Shown here: piece after piece, positions 1-8,892 of the stretch
Layout of the letters: every line of letters begins with the position of its first letter
Position numbering within the stretch: the first letter of the stretch is position 1
NCBI GenBank assembly: GCA_049423385.1
Contig: JBMSQQ010000081.1
Span: 1 to 15,548 of the forward strand
Origin: Silvanigrellaceae bacterium
Lineage (GTDB): Bacteria > Bdellovibrionota_B > Oligoflexia > Silvanigrellales > Silvanigrellaceae
Direction: 5' to 3'
Length of the DNA stretch: 15,548 nucleotides
Made by a program: the position numbers and the translations under genes
The notes under the pieces: model-generated
Told to the model about the DNA's origin: nothing
Database searches by the model: none
What the model saw: the letters and a program-made list of their open reading frames with translations, nothing else

Positions 1-576
1 ATTGCCCGCAGCAACGTTGAACAACTCAATGCGCTCAAATTCAAGAAGATCGTCACCCATTGTCCGCACTGCTTCAACACCATCAAGAACGATTTCAAGG
101 AATATGGCGGCAACTACGAGGTCATGCATCACAGCCAGTTGCTTTCCGCATTGCATCGGGATGGCAAGTTGAAAATGCCGGGCGAAGTCCGCAAACACGT
201 GACCTTTCATGATCCTTGCTTCTTGGGTCGTCACAATGGCGAGTTCGAGGCTCCACGTCAGTTGCTTGAAGGCATTGCCGGATTGCGCCTGAGTGAAATG
301 GAATACTCCAAACAGCAATCCAGCTGCTGTGGCATGGGCGGCGGCAATATGTGGTACGAATCCAAAGGTGGCGAAAAACCCGTGGTCATGCAGAGGCTTG
401 AGCACGTCGCGGCGAGCGGCGCACAAACCCTGGTGACGGGCTGTTCTTTCTGCATGATCAACTTCAAGGGCGCCTTCAAGAATCTCAAGGAGACTGAAAA
501 CCTTGAGGTGATGGACCTGGCCGAAGCGGTTGCGATGGCCATGCCAGAGCAGGCCAACGAAGCATCACGCACATAA
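1..576 (+). CDS. Fe-S oxidoreductase with cysteine-rich CCG domains (FadF/GlpC/HdrD-like), 5'-partial
   Basis: Frame 1 is open from base 1 (IARSNVEQLNALKFKKIVTHCPHCFNTIKNDF...) into ORF 124..576. It shows the end of one CCG domain (CPHC) and a complete second one (FHDPCFLGR...CCGMGGG...TGCSFC). Stop TAA at 574-576. Confidence 0.88.
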   Translation: MARSNVEQLNALKFKKIVTHCPHCFNTIKNDFKEYGGNYEVMHHSQLLSALHRDGKLKMPGEVRKHVTFHDPCFLGRHNGEFEAPRQLLEGIAGLRLSEMEYSKQQSSCCGMGGGNMWYESKGGEKPVVMQRLEHVAASGAQTLVTGCSFCMINFKGAFKNLKETENLEVMDLAEAVAMAMPEQANEASRT

Positions 577-623
577 GCTCAATGTTCAGGTTCATCGGAA
601 CTTTTCTGTGTCACTGCATCGAA

Positions 624-2114
624 TCACTGGCAGCTGGCGAGCAACGATGAGCCCGTGACCTCTTCTGGAGATGCTTCGGGCAACGCCAGGATCGATGCAC
701 CACCCGATGTGGGCTCGTCGTCGACGCTGTTGAGCACCAAAAGCGGGATTATTCCCGCAAAGGTGATCATCGACCCGCTGTCGCTCTTTCCAAAGCTGGC
801 AGCCAATTGCGAGTTGTTGACGTAAAATCTGAGCGTTCCTTTGGAACTCATTCCTCTCGACAGGCTTGGAACGGCATCCGGAGTCAGAACCCTTCCGCGC
901 AGCAGACCGAAAGACATGCTTTGTTCGCTTCCGCTTTTGAATATCTGGTTCGCCGCAATCACGTACTCGGCGGACAAAGGCAAAGCCTTTTCATTTTCGA
1001 TGCGGACGCGCTGCTTGATGTCGTTTCTGTGTGCCAAAAAAACTTCATGAAATTTGTCGAAGGCTTTCTTGGGCATCAGATTCACAAGTTCAACCGCTTT
1101 TTCCGTCATGAGGTTTTGGTTGATTCCAAAGCCCAACTCATCTGCCTTGGCCAGAATGGAACGCTTCTTGCCGTCGACGTCGATTTCCACCATGAACTTG
1201 TCAGCCAACGAAATAAGTTGACTTCGCACCGTGCACATCCCGGGATCCGAATTGCTGCCCGTGATCATCGCGCACATGTCCTTGTTCAGGAAATAGGCGA
1301 GGGGAGAATAGTTGGTCAGTCTCCACAGGCCTGTCAGGCCGTGAATGCGGTTGCTCCAAAGGTTGAAACTTTCTGCCATCCTGGGGTCGTTGCGGAACAG
1401 CGCCTTGAGCTGTGCACTGTGTTGTTCAAGAACGTTTCGCAAGGCACGGTATTGAACCGGTGGAAGCGAAGACGCCTTGATCTCAAGCGTGCGCGCTCCG
1501 GTATCGAGCGAAGACCAACAAGTTTGCTGACTGTTTTGCACCGTGAGTTTGTCTTCGCTGCTCGAAAGACAAATGTTGCGCATCAACTTGTCGCCCTGGC
1601 CCGCTGCTGCGTTTGACCGCACCTGAGAGGCATCTTCAAAGAAATACGGCAACTCAATTTTCATGATGTCGCGGATGCGTTCCGAGGCTTCTGTGTTGGC
1701 GAGTTTGTCGATCTCATCGAGCAACTGTTTTCGGCGGACAAAAAATTCGTCGGCCACGGGTATTTTCTGCAAATATCCAGAACTGATTCCCGAACGTCCC
1801 GGGACATAAACAGAGAGCGATATTTTTTCATCGTTGAGTAAATCTTCGCGAAAACAATGCAAAGCCGAATACGCGTTGACAACAATTGATGATTCACTTG
1901 AGCTGACCAGCGACAAAGTGGCAGTGCATGCCCTCGGGCCCACATTGATGAAACCACCCAACGGTGCAGCCTTGATCGAAGAATCTATTGCTCCTGCACC
2001 TCCAACAACAACTTGTGTCGAAGAGCAGGGTCCTGATGACTTTGGGCTGCAGGCTGTGATTGATGCCAGCGCAGCAAGAGAACCCAATCCGATTTTTGTC
2101 ATCTTTGAAAACAT
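624..2114 (-). CDS. Predicted lipoprotein with a chymotrypsin-like (S1/PA clan) serine protease signature and large insertions, ~496 aa
   Basis: Start re-placed at ATG 2114 (alternative 2102), which gives a signal peptide with lipobox (GSLAALASITA-C). Motifs: VVVGG, ACTATL, YSALHC, CWSSLDTG, GKSDSGS, and C-terminal TSGGASILALPE...SCQ. Colinear with 10027..11502. Confidence 0.7.
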   Translation of the reverse strand: MFSKMTKIGLGSLAALASITACSPKSSGPCSSTQVVVGGAGAIDSSIKAAPLGGFINVGPRACTATLSLVSSSESSIVVNAYSALHCFREDLLNDEKISLSVYVPGRSGISSGYLQKIPVADEFFVRRKQLLDEIDKLANTEASERIRDIMKIELPYFFEDASQVRSNAAAGQGDKLMRNICLSSSEDKLTVQNSQQTCWSSLDTGARTLEIKASSLPPVQYRALRNVLEQHSAQLKALFRNDPRMAESFNLWSNRIHGLTGLWRLTNYSPLAYFLNKDMCAMITGSNSDPGMCTVRSQLISLADKFMVEIDVDGKKRSILAKADELGFGINQNLMTEKAVELVNLMPKKAFDKFHEVFLAHRNDIKQRVRIENEKALPLSAEYVIAANQIFKSGSEQSMSFGLLRGRVLTPDAVPSLSRGMSSKGTLRFYVNNSQLAASFGKSDSGSMITFAGIIPLLVLNSVDDEPTSGGASILALPEASPEEVTGSSLLASCQ

Positions 2115-2270
2115 GCCTCGGGATCGGAAAATACTGCCGATTACTTTATCGAATTTAACTGTCGTGATTTCAGTTGGTTTCATTGGTTTTGGAACAGCTG
2201 CCATTCCGATGACCTGGCTCGAGAGTCCCGACAATATTCCGATAATTCCTGCGGAGCCAATTCATGTGAG

Positions 2271-3125
2271 TTGTCCGGAGGTCTCTTGGTTTTCGCCCGA
2301 ACATTGGTTTCAAGGTCGTTTTTTCTGTGTCTGCTGTTGAGTTGGCTCGCACAGTCAGGCGAAGCCTTGGCCAAGGGAAAATCATACACCGTACAGTTTG
2401 GAATTGGCCGCGGGCTCACATTTTACACGTCGCCAGAGCTGGAGACATTCAACAGCCGCCTTGGCAACAGTCCACGACTTGAAGTCGGCAAGGAATTCGG
2501 TCGGGCAGTGACACTCGAAGGCAGTTATGAATTTCTCAACAAAACAGAGACAATTTCCTGGGGGTTTGAAGCTCAACAATGGGCTGAAACCATTCGCGGT
2601 GTGGCGAAGTCCGGCGAGGATAACCCGAGAAGTGAGGCAACCTTGGCTTTTGCCCGCATCTGGTTGACAGGTGGAGTAAGGCTCTGGCCGTGGGTAGGTC
2701 CGATTATCGTGAAGAGGAACACCAATTTTATTGGTCGCGCGATTGTCATGAACAAGGCCCGCACACTCGGGAGCGGGTTTTTCTCACATCTTCGACTCGC
2801 AACAGGGCCATTGTTGTGGCGTCATGATTACCTTTTGTCCGACACCGCGAACCAAACCCAAATCGACTATGTGAGCCGAACCCTGTCATGGGAGGGGGGA
2901 CTCCGGTTGAGTTTGGGATGGCGTTTGGGGGAAATCTGCGATGTTGGAGTAGATATTTCCACAAGCAGGTCGGTGCCGGTGAAAACGGAACATGCCGTGG
3001 GGTCTTATTACCTGAACGGACGAGACAACAGCGACAACGGCGATGACTTGAATGTTCTCCAGCTTTCAAAGAGCGCCTGGCGGGGCAGCCAATCCGTGGT
3101 ATTTCTTCGGTTTTTCATACCATAA
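2271..3125 (+). CDS. Exported hypothetical protein, putative outer-membrane beta-barrel (start uncertain)
   Basis: Signal-like stretch ending EALA-KG. Many alternating hydrophobic/polar strands rich in G/W/F/Y (YTVQFGIGRG, VTLEGSYEF, LRLSLGWRL, DVGVDISTS) and a terminal amphipathic strand VVFLRFFIP. Confidence 0.55.
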   Translation: MSGGLLVFARTLVSRSFFLCLLLSWLAQSGEALAKGKSYTVQFGIGRGLTFYTSPELETFNSRLGNSPRLEVGKEFGRAVTLEGSYEFLNKTETISWGFEAQQWAETIRGVAKSGEDNPRSEATLAFARIWLTGGVRLWPWVGPIIVKRNTNFIGRAIVMNKARTLGSGFFSHLRLATGPLLWRHDYLLSDTANQTQIDYVSRTLSWEGGLRLSLGWRLGEICDVGVDISTSRSVPVKTEHAVGSYYLNGRDNSDNGDDLNVLQLSKSAWRGSQSVVFLRFFIP

Positions 3126-3221
3126 CCGATTGTGTGTCGAATATTTTCAAACAGTTCTCAAGTACGGCCCTGCAACACCGAAACAAAAGATGGGCAAGGA
3201 GGCCCTAAGGGTGAGGTTTGT

Positions 3222-4328
3222 ATGAAAAACTATTTTCGCCACGACGGATTGAAATCGAAGTCGGCTCTTGCTGGTCTTTCGCTTGGTTCGGTTTTGCTTG
3301 TCGCTGCATGCGGAACTCTTGAGGTGCGTGATCTCAAGGACACGTTCGGCAAAAAGAACAGCGTTTCAGGCTCCGACAATGGCGACATGGTTTCCGTCAA
3401 GCTTGGTCTCTCAGCCTCACCCGATCTGGCTTCCCAGCTCCTTCAGTTTGTCGATGGCTTTTACGCCACCACAGTTCCAAGCCAGAGTTTTTATTACAAG
3501 GTGACAGGATGCAAATCGGGCTTTTCAATTTCGACCCCTGCCGAAGTCACCTCAAACAGCGGAACCGTGAAACTTTATAAATTTGACAAGGATTGTCTGG
3601 TTGGGTTGGTTTCATTCAATTACGCCGGCAAGACCTACGTCCCGCAGACGGGTAGCGAGTTCAGCGGAACCGAAAATTCCACTGCCCTTTTCAAGGAGCA
3701 GAATGACCCGACTGATCTTCTGAAAATCAAGGTCATGAAGCAGTTGCCCAACGGAGCGAACAGCACCGGTGTGGTTGATGGTAGTGCTGCGAATTTCAGC
3801 TTCATGAAAGCGAAAAGCGGCGGAGCTGCGAATCTTGTTCGCTATTCCTCGGGTGTTGGCTTGAGTGTGAACGGGGTCGAATCGCCAAACGTCAGTGCGA
3901 TAGATTTGGAAATCACAAATATCGCAACCGACGGCAAGGCCGAATACAAGGCTGTCATGACATGTGGCAATCCTTTGGTCTCAGTCGGCGGCACCAACCA
4001 CGTTTGTCCGCACACGGCCAATGCTGCTGATGAGCAACTGATCAGCCATATGCAGATTAAAATCATAACCCGCAGCCCGACGACCAAAACAACCTATTCG
4101 GTTGCAGATTTGGACTCGATCATGGCAAGCGGAACCCAGTCCATCAGCGGCTCGGCAAAGTCTGCCGCTTCTGCATTTACGGTCACCGGTCTTGCTGGCG
4201 AGGGTGTTTTCACGAGCAACAAAAACCTGCTCGTCATAATTTCGTACACCGAGCCGAGCACAAACAGTCAGGGTACGAGTTATATTTACTACACGGCCGA
4301 CTACGGAACTCCAGATCAATCCCCGTGA
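3222..4328 (+). CDS. Hypothetical lipoprotein, 368 aa, S/T/G-rich and probably beta-rich
   Basis: GAGG Shine-Dalgarno at 3213-3216 precedes ATG 3222. Lipobox VLLVAA-C, plus four further Cys. Confidence 0.75.
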   Translation: MKNYFRHDGLKSKSALAGLSLGSVLLVAACGTLEVRDLKDTFGKKNSVSGSDNGDMVSVKLGLSASPDLASQLLQFVDGFYATTVPSQSFYYKVTGCKSGFSISTPAEVTSNSGTVKLYKFDKDCLVGLVSFNYAGKTYVPQTGSEFSGTENSTALFKEQNDPTDLLKIKVMKQLPNGANSTGVVDGSAANFSFMKAKSGGAANLVRYSSGVGLSVNGVESPNVSAIDLEITNIATDGKAEYKAVMTCGNPLVSVGGTNHVCPHTANAADEQLISHMQIKIITRSPTTKTTYSVADLDSIMASGTQSISGSAKSAASAFTVTGLAGEGVFTSNKNLLVIISYTEPSTNSQGTSYIYYTADYGTPDQSP

Positions 4329-4343
4329 CTTGTTGGCTGCAAG

Positions 4344-5006
4344 GTGGGTGCCCGGATGCCGAGTGGCGACGGTAGGTCGTTTTTCCGGATTGGCAAGACA
4401 TTGCGTTGGCTCGACTCAAGGCGGGCCAACCGTTTCGTTGTTGCGGTTGCACTGACACTTTGCATTGTCGGATGTGGATCCCGCTCTGCCACGAGTCAAA
4501 GGCTTTCTCCTGACTCCGCTTTCGACAAACTGAAAGCCAGCCCCCTGAACCCGCTGTTGTGTGAATACGTTGGGCAATACGGATGCGGATTTTTGTCTGT
4601 CTCCTCAGTTTATCTCGGTAAAAAAGTCGAGAGTTCCAATTTTCTTGTTCAGTGCGGTGCAAATGCACAGGGATACACGGTCATGCTGCGTGATCGCATC
4701 GGTGATGGGGTTGGCAGTGGATTGATTCTTCAAATGTACGGCAAGTCGACGTTCACCAACGGTTCATACACGTGTGGAGATCTGGAAACAGAAGTGGTCA
4801 ACAGTCAGCTCAAATTCAAGGCAGGAACCTGTGCACTTGGATTGCGCTTTGGTGATGCTGAAGCATGGTCGCAAAACGATGCGCCATGCAAGGTGACCCT
4901 GGAAGAACGTGATGGAAAAAATGCGGGCGTGATTGATTGTCCACAATTGGTCAATGGAAACTCAACATGGTCGTTCGACAATCCGGCGGTGTTCAAATGT
5001 CCATAA
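4344..5006 (+). CDS. Hypothetical Cys-rich lipoprotein (start uncertain)
   Basis: Basic N-region followed by VVAVALTLCIVG-C lipobox. Eight Cys in the mature part. 15-bp gap to the upstream gene and 2-bp gap to the downstream gene. Confidence 0.68.
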   Translation: MGARMPSGDGRSFFRIGKTLRWLDSRRANRFVVAVALTLCIVGCGSRSATSQRLSPDSAFDKLKASPLNPLLCEYVGQYGCGFLSVSSVYLGKKVESSNFLVQCGANAQGYTVMLRDRIGDGVGSGLILQMYGKSTFTNGSYTCGDLETEVVNSQLKFKAGTCALGLRFGDAEAWSQNDAPCKVTLEERDGKNAGVIDCPQLVNGNSTWSFDNPAVFKCP

Positions 5007-5008
5007 CC

Positions 5009-5929
5009 ATGAACACCGTGCGTTACTTTTTTTCATTTCTTTTTGTCCTCGCGGCTTGCGGTACAGGAAGCAAATCGACCGACGCGGCGGATTCCCAGCA
5101 AACACACCTGGTGTTGCATCCCACCTTTTCAATGCCCTTGCCCCAGGGATTTTCGGTTTCCGAAATTGCTATTCGAAGGGTTGATTGTGAGAATGAAGAC
5201 ACGGATGTCGAACATGTTTTGCCCGTGGTGGATAGCGAGGGAGTCTTTGTATTCAATGTTCCTGAAGTCGAAGTTCGTGAGTGTGGAATCCTTGTGCGTC
5301 GGGTCGTTTTGAAATCAAAAACCTCGGAAACAACCTTCAATCTTATCAAACAAACCAGAACTCAAAAAGGCAGCCGGGAAATATTCCTGGCTCCCACAAG
5401 CGGCACTGCTGGACTGACTCTGACGCTTCCCGAAAAAACGGCCATCAGGGTTGAACAGTCTGTCGACTGGCCGATGAACCTTGCCTACGACGATTACAGG
5501 GAGGGAAAGTTTCCGAGGGTTGCGACCTACACAGAGTCCACTTCCAGCTCGCTGAATTTGCGTCTGTCCGCCGTGGAGGATCGTGGAATTGTATCTTCGT
5601 CCTGGCGGGAATTGGGAATCACCCTCACGTGCGACACCTGGGCACAGTATCTCGAATGCTCGGGAGTCAGTTTGTTGAAGCTGCTGGGACGTTTTGTTCG
5701 CGAGGGAGATGTCAGTCTGGAAAGTCCTGCCCAAATTAAAACAGCACTTGCACAGAGCAGTTTGCAGTTTGAATCGACACTCTCTCACTTTATAGGTTCG
5801 GGTTTGCGATTCACCATGCTTTACCCTTTGGCTTGGCAAGACAAAACACTGCTGCTGCTGGTCGGCAGGGATCAGCTGTTCAACGTATTCAAGATAGACC
5901 AGAATTTAATCGCGACGATTAATCAGTGA
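5009..5929 (+). CDS. Hypothetical lipoprotein, 306 aa, probable distant paralog of 3222..4328
   Basis: ATG 5009 lies 2 nt after the previous stop. [17 protein letters not shown] lipobox, and four mature Cys in the same arrangement as 3222..4328. Confidence 0.72.
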   Translation: MNTVRYFFSFLFVLAACGTGSKSTDAADSQQTHLVLHPTFSMPLPQGFSVSEIAIRRVDCENEDTDVEHVLPVVDSEGVFVFNVPEVEVRECGILVRRVVLKSKTSETTFNLIKQTRTQKGSREIFLAPTSGTAGLTLTLPEKTAIRVEQSVDWPMNLAYDDYREGKFPRVATYTESTSSSLNLRLSAVEDRGIVSSSWRELGITLTCDTWAQYLECSGVSLLKLLGRFVREGDVSLESPAQIKTALAQSSLQFESTLSHFIGSGLRFTMLYPLAWQDKTLLLLVGRDQLFNVFKIDQNLIATINQ

Positions 5930-6511
5930 CATGAATTCCGCGCGGGTCGAGCTGTTTTCGCGGAAAATTCCATGCAGAGAGCTGGTGACCATCGAGGCTC
6001 CCTGCTTTTTGATTCCTCGCACGCACATGCAACTGTGTTGGCCTTCAACAACAACAGCCACCCCCGCAGGATTGAGCTCCTGCTTGATGGCTTCAGCAAT
6101 CTGTTGAGTCATGCGTTCCTGAACCTGCAGGCGCTTGGCATAGACGTCAACGATGCGGGCCAACTTGGACAAGCCCACAATGCGACCATGAGAAGGCAAG
6201 TAGGCAACATGTGCCTTGCCAGTGAATGTGAGCAGGTGGTGTTCACAGCACGAGGTGAAGTCAATGTCCTTGAGAACAATCATTTCATCTGAATTGCCTT
6301 CGAAAGTCGTTGACAAAACATGCTCAGGACTCGTCCGGTAACCTTCGGTCATTTCTATCCAGGCTCGGCAAACACGGTCTGGCGTTTCCACCAGACCATC
6401 GCGGCTTGGGTCTTCTCCCATGTATTTCAAAAGAGTCCGCACAGCCTCACGTGCATCTTCGGCACTCACACCATTGCTGTCGCTGGCTTTGATAAAAAAT
6501 GGACTCATCAT
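5906..6511 (-). CDS. folE: GTP cyclohydrolase I
   Basis: [50 protein letters not shown] (Zn ligands). GGAGG at 6520-6516 precedes ATG 6511/6508. Confidence 0.97.
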   Translation of the reverse strand: MMSPFFIKASDSNGVSAEDAREAVRTLLKYMGEDPSRDGLVETPDRVCRAWIEMTEGYRTSPEHVLSTTFEGNSDEMIVLKDIDFTSCCEHHLLTFTGKAHVAYLPSHGRIVGLSKLARIVDVYAKRLQVQERMTQQIAEAIKQELNPAGVAVVVEGQHSCMCVRGIKKQGASMVTSSLHGIFRENSSTRAEFMSLINRRD

Positions 6512-6568
6512 GTAACCTCCTCGGCGCATCGCCTTGGGTGGGTATTGCATTACTCGGCAACTGCAAAT

Positions 6569-6934
6569 TCAACGCAGGTCCTTGAGCAGAATTTTCGCAT
6601 CTTCGGGATTTTTTTCGAGATACAAAATCACCGTTCTGCCAATTCTTCCGACAACAAATGTGTGCTGCGGAAGCTGTTCTTCAAGTTCCTCCAGGGCATC
6701 CTTCTTCTCACCGGCATCTGTTTGGCCAGGCAGCTGCAATTTGATGAGCTCGTGGGTTTCGAGCACTTGCCTGAGTTCTGCGAGGACTCCATCCGTCAGG
6801 CCGCTTTGTCCAACCTGGATCAGCGGTTTGAGATGGTGTGCGCGTGCCTTGAGTGCCGAGCGCTGCTGGCTGGTCAGTGCACTGGCAAAGGTGTGTGGCT
6901 TGGCTGGTTTCGATGGACGCGGCGCTTCTTTCAT
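6569..6934 (-). CDS. yhbY: CRM-domain RNA-binding protein YhbY (ribosome assembly)
   Basis: LTSQQRSALKARAHHLKPLIQVGQSGLTDGVLAEL...LETHELIKL...GRIGRTVILY. AGAGGA SD precedes ATG 6934. Confidence 0.93.
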   Translation of the reverse strand: MKEAPRPSKPAKPHTFASALTSQQRSALKARAHHLKPLIQVGQSGLTDGVLAELRQVLETHELIKLQLPGQTDAGEKKDALEELEEQLPQHTFVVGRIGRTVILYLEKNPEDAKILLKDLR

Positions 6935-6989
6935 TCTAATCCTCTGGGCAAGGGCTTGGCAGCAAGCCAATCGATGAGGCTCGCAATTG

Positions 6990-7067
6990 CAGATGCTTAG
7001 CTTCTTTTTGCGGTTTAGAAAAGTTGTTATTTTAGTTATTTAAATTAGGTTGTTGGAATCTTTCTTG
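6990..7067. promoter_or_regulatory. AT-rich divergent promoter region between yhbY-folE and the asparaginase operon
   Basis: Marked local AT enrichment (tttagaaaagttgttattttagttatttaaattagg) between divergent starts. Individual -10/-35 boxes were not assigned. Confidence 0.45.
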
Positions 7068-8144
7068 ATGAATACTGACCCCATTGTTATCGAGTCCATT
7101 CCAAGTGACACTCTTTCGAATCCTTGCCAGGCGAACTGCGAATTCGATGATTCGAGCGACGTTCGCCTGCTGATTCATGGCGGTGCGTGGGACATTCCCG
7201 CGGTCCTGCATGAGGCACACGCACGTGGTGTGCGTGATGCGTGGGAAGCGGCAATGGATGCCCGACGGCATGGGGCCGATGGATTGCGCATTGTCCTTTC
7301 TGCGTTGGAAGTACTGGAACGCGACCCCACGTTTGATGCAGGACGCGGAAGCTTCCTGAATGAATGCGGCGAAGTTGAGCTGGATGCCGGGATCATGGAA
7401 GGAGAGTCGCTGCGTGCGGGTGCTGTTGCCGGGATTCGCAATTTTCTGCATCCGTCGCAGATCGCTTTCGATGTGATGGAAAAAACCAACCACGCATTTT
7501 TAATTGGCGCGGGCGCTGAACAGTTTGCGCTTGCATGTGGTCACGAAAGTCTTCCGGCAGAAGAACTTGTCGACCCCCGCGAGCGCGAGGTTTTTGCGCG
7601 TTGGCTGAATGCTGGAAAACCCGACGCCAAAGTCTTTTTTGCTGCACCGGTGAATCAATCGGTGCGCTCGGGTCCAGAGCCCGAAAAGCGGGGAACAGTG
7701 GGTGTCGTTGTCGCACTGCGGAATCGTGAAGCCTCAAGTGGGCGCTGGTCGTTGTTTTCGGGAACCAGCACGGGCGGAACGCCGGGCAAGATGCAAGGCC
7801 GCGTGGGTGATGTTCCGGTGATTGGTGCAGGCGTTTATGCCGACGACGAAGGGGCGGCTGTCAGTTGCACCGGTTGGGGCGAGGGATTGTTGCGGATTGC
7901 CGCGGGACAGCGGGTTTCGGCGGCGGTTCGGGCAGGTATGCCTGTTTCTAAGGCAGTCAACCAGACACTTGCAGACCTCTGGAGGCGAATGGACGGGCGG
8001 GCCGGGATTATTGCCGTAGATGGCCTTGGGAATATGGCCGCTGCATTTTCAACACCCTACATGGCATTCGCTGGACCCGCGGGAGTTGCGCTTCACTTGC
8101 AGCGTGCGGGCGGCTGTGCCACAGTGCGGCGCCAAGACCCCTGA
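7068..8144 (+). CDS. iaaA: Isoaspartyl peptidase / L-asparaginase (plant-type, Ntn hydrolase)
   Basis: LIHGGAW, FDAGRGS..N..GEVELDAGIM, GTVG (autocleavage Thr nucleophile), TSTGG...K..GRVGDVPVIGAGVYAD, SCTGWGE. Confidence 0.9.
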   Translation: MNTDPIVIESIPSDTLSNPCQANCEFDDSSDVRLLIHGGAWDIPAVLHEAHARGVRDAWEAAMDARRHGADGLRIVLSALEVLERDPTFDAGRGSFLNECGEVELDAGIMEGESLRAGAVAGIRNFLHPSQIAFDVMEKTNHAFLIGAGAEQFALACGHESLPAEELVDPREREVFARWLNAGKPDAKVFFAAPVNQSVRSGPEPEKRGTVGVVVALRNREASSGRWSLFSGTSTGGTPGKMQGRVGDVPVIGAGVYADDEGAAVSCTGWGEGLLRIAAGQRVSAAVRAGMPVSKAVNQTLADLWRRMDGRAGIIAVDGLGNMAAAFSTPYMAFAGPAGVALHLQRAGGCATVRRQDP

Positions 8145-8163
8145 TTCGAATCGGAGACTCCCT

Positions 8164-8865
8164 ATGTCACTGGGTGCTGGTGCCCTGGCGCTTCGTCGCT
8201 TGCAGATTCTTGTCGATCCCAAAGATGTCCAGTTCAAGGACATCATCAAAAAATTAAAGAAGAAAAGCATTTCACCGCTTGGCCTGGAAGATGAACGCGA
8301 GCAGAGCACGGGATGGTGCCATCCCTATTCGGGTGAAGCCAATTTCGATGCCGCACACGACCACGTGTACGAGCAGGCATTCGTGTTCGGAATGCGCACG
8401 GATGTCAAAAGAATTCCGGGAACTTACTTTCGTCTGCAAATGAAGAATGCGCTCGAGGCGCTCAACGCAAAAAGCAAGGCCAAGGGCGAGGGGGGACGTG
8501 GACTCAACAAGAAGCTTCGCGATGCAACCCGCGACCGCCTCAAACTCGAATTGCTGCGCGGAACATTGCCTTCCGTTCGCCTTATCGAGATTGTCTGGCA
8601 CCTCGACAGCAATGAACTTTGGCTTCTCAGTTCGTCGCAGGCTGTGTATGACGAGTTCGAGAAGTTGTTCCTCGAGACTTTCGGTTGGCCTTTGGCTCTT
8701 TACAACCCGGGGACTTTGGGAGTCGACTTCGACAGGCTCTTGCGCGGGATGAATGTTTCGCTGGACGACAAGCTCAATTTGAGTCCAACCGATTTTCGTT
8801 CCGAGGCGGACCTGCAGCGCGTGGGTGGAATATCCCGCTCGACGGATGCAGAAGATTTGTTTTGA
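8164..8865 (+). CDS. RdgC-like (recombination-associated) protein, short 233-aa form
   Basis: GGAGA SD precedes ATG 8164. EQSTGWCHP, FGMRTDVKRIP, a helical arm ending RLKLELLRGTLPS, and ELWLLSSS resemble the N-terminal part of RdgC (recognised from memory, not searched). Confidence 0.65.
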   Translation: MSLGAGALALRRLQILVDPKDVQFKDIIKKLKKKSISPLGLEDEREQSTGWCHPYSGEANFDAAHDHVYEQAFVFGMRTDVKRIPGTYFRLQMKNALEALNAKSKAKGEGGRGLNKKLRDATRDRLKLELLRGTLPSVRLIEIVWHLDSNELWLLSSSQAVYDEFEKLFLETFGWPLALYNPGTLGVDFDRLLRGMNVSLDDKLNLSPTDFRSEADLQRVGGISRSTDAEDLF

Positions 8866-8892
8866 TTCATGAATGGAATGTGAGGAATACGC

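Noticed and set aside
807..1616. 269-aa plus-strand ORF, and 1834..2340
   Set aside because: Antisense shadow of the protease-like lipoprotein, with no motifs.
6320..7000. 226-aa and 147-aa plus-strand ORFs
   Set aside because: Antisense to the well-supported folE and yhbY.
8020..8163. Longest-ORF N-terminal extensions (8020, also 2234, 3132, 4937, 6550, 6970)
   Set aside because: Downstream ATGs have SD sequences or yield proper signal peptides, and they avoid overlaps.
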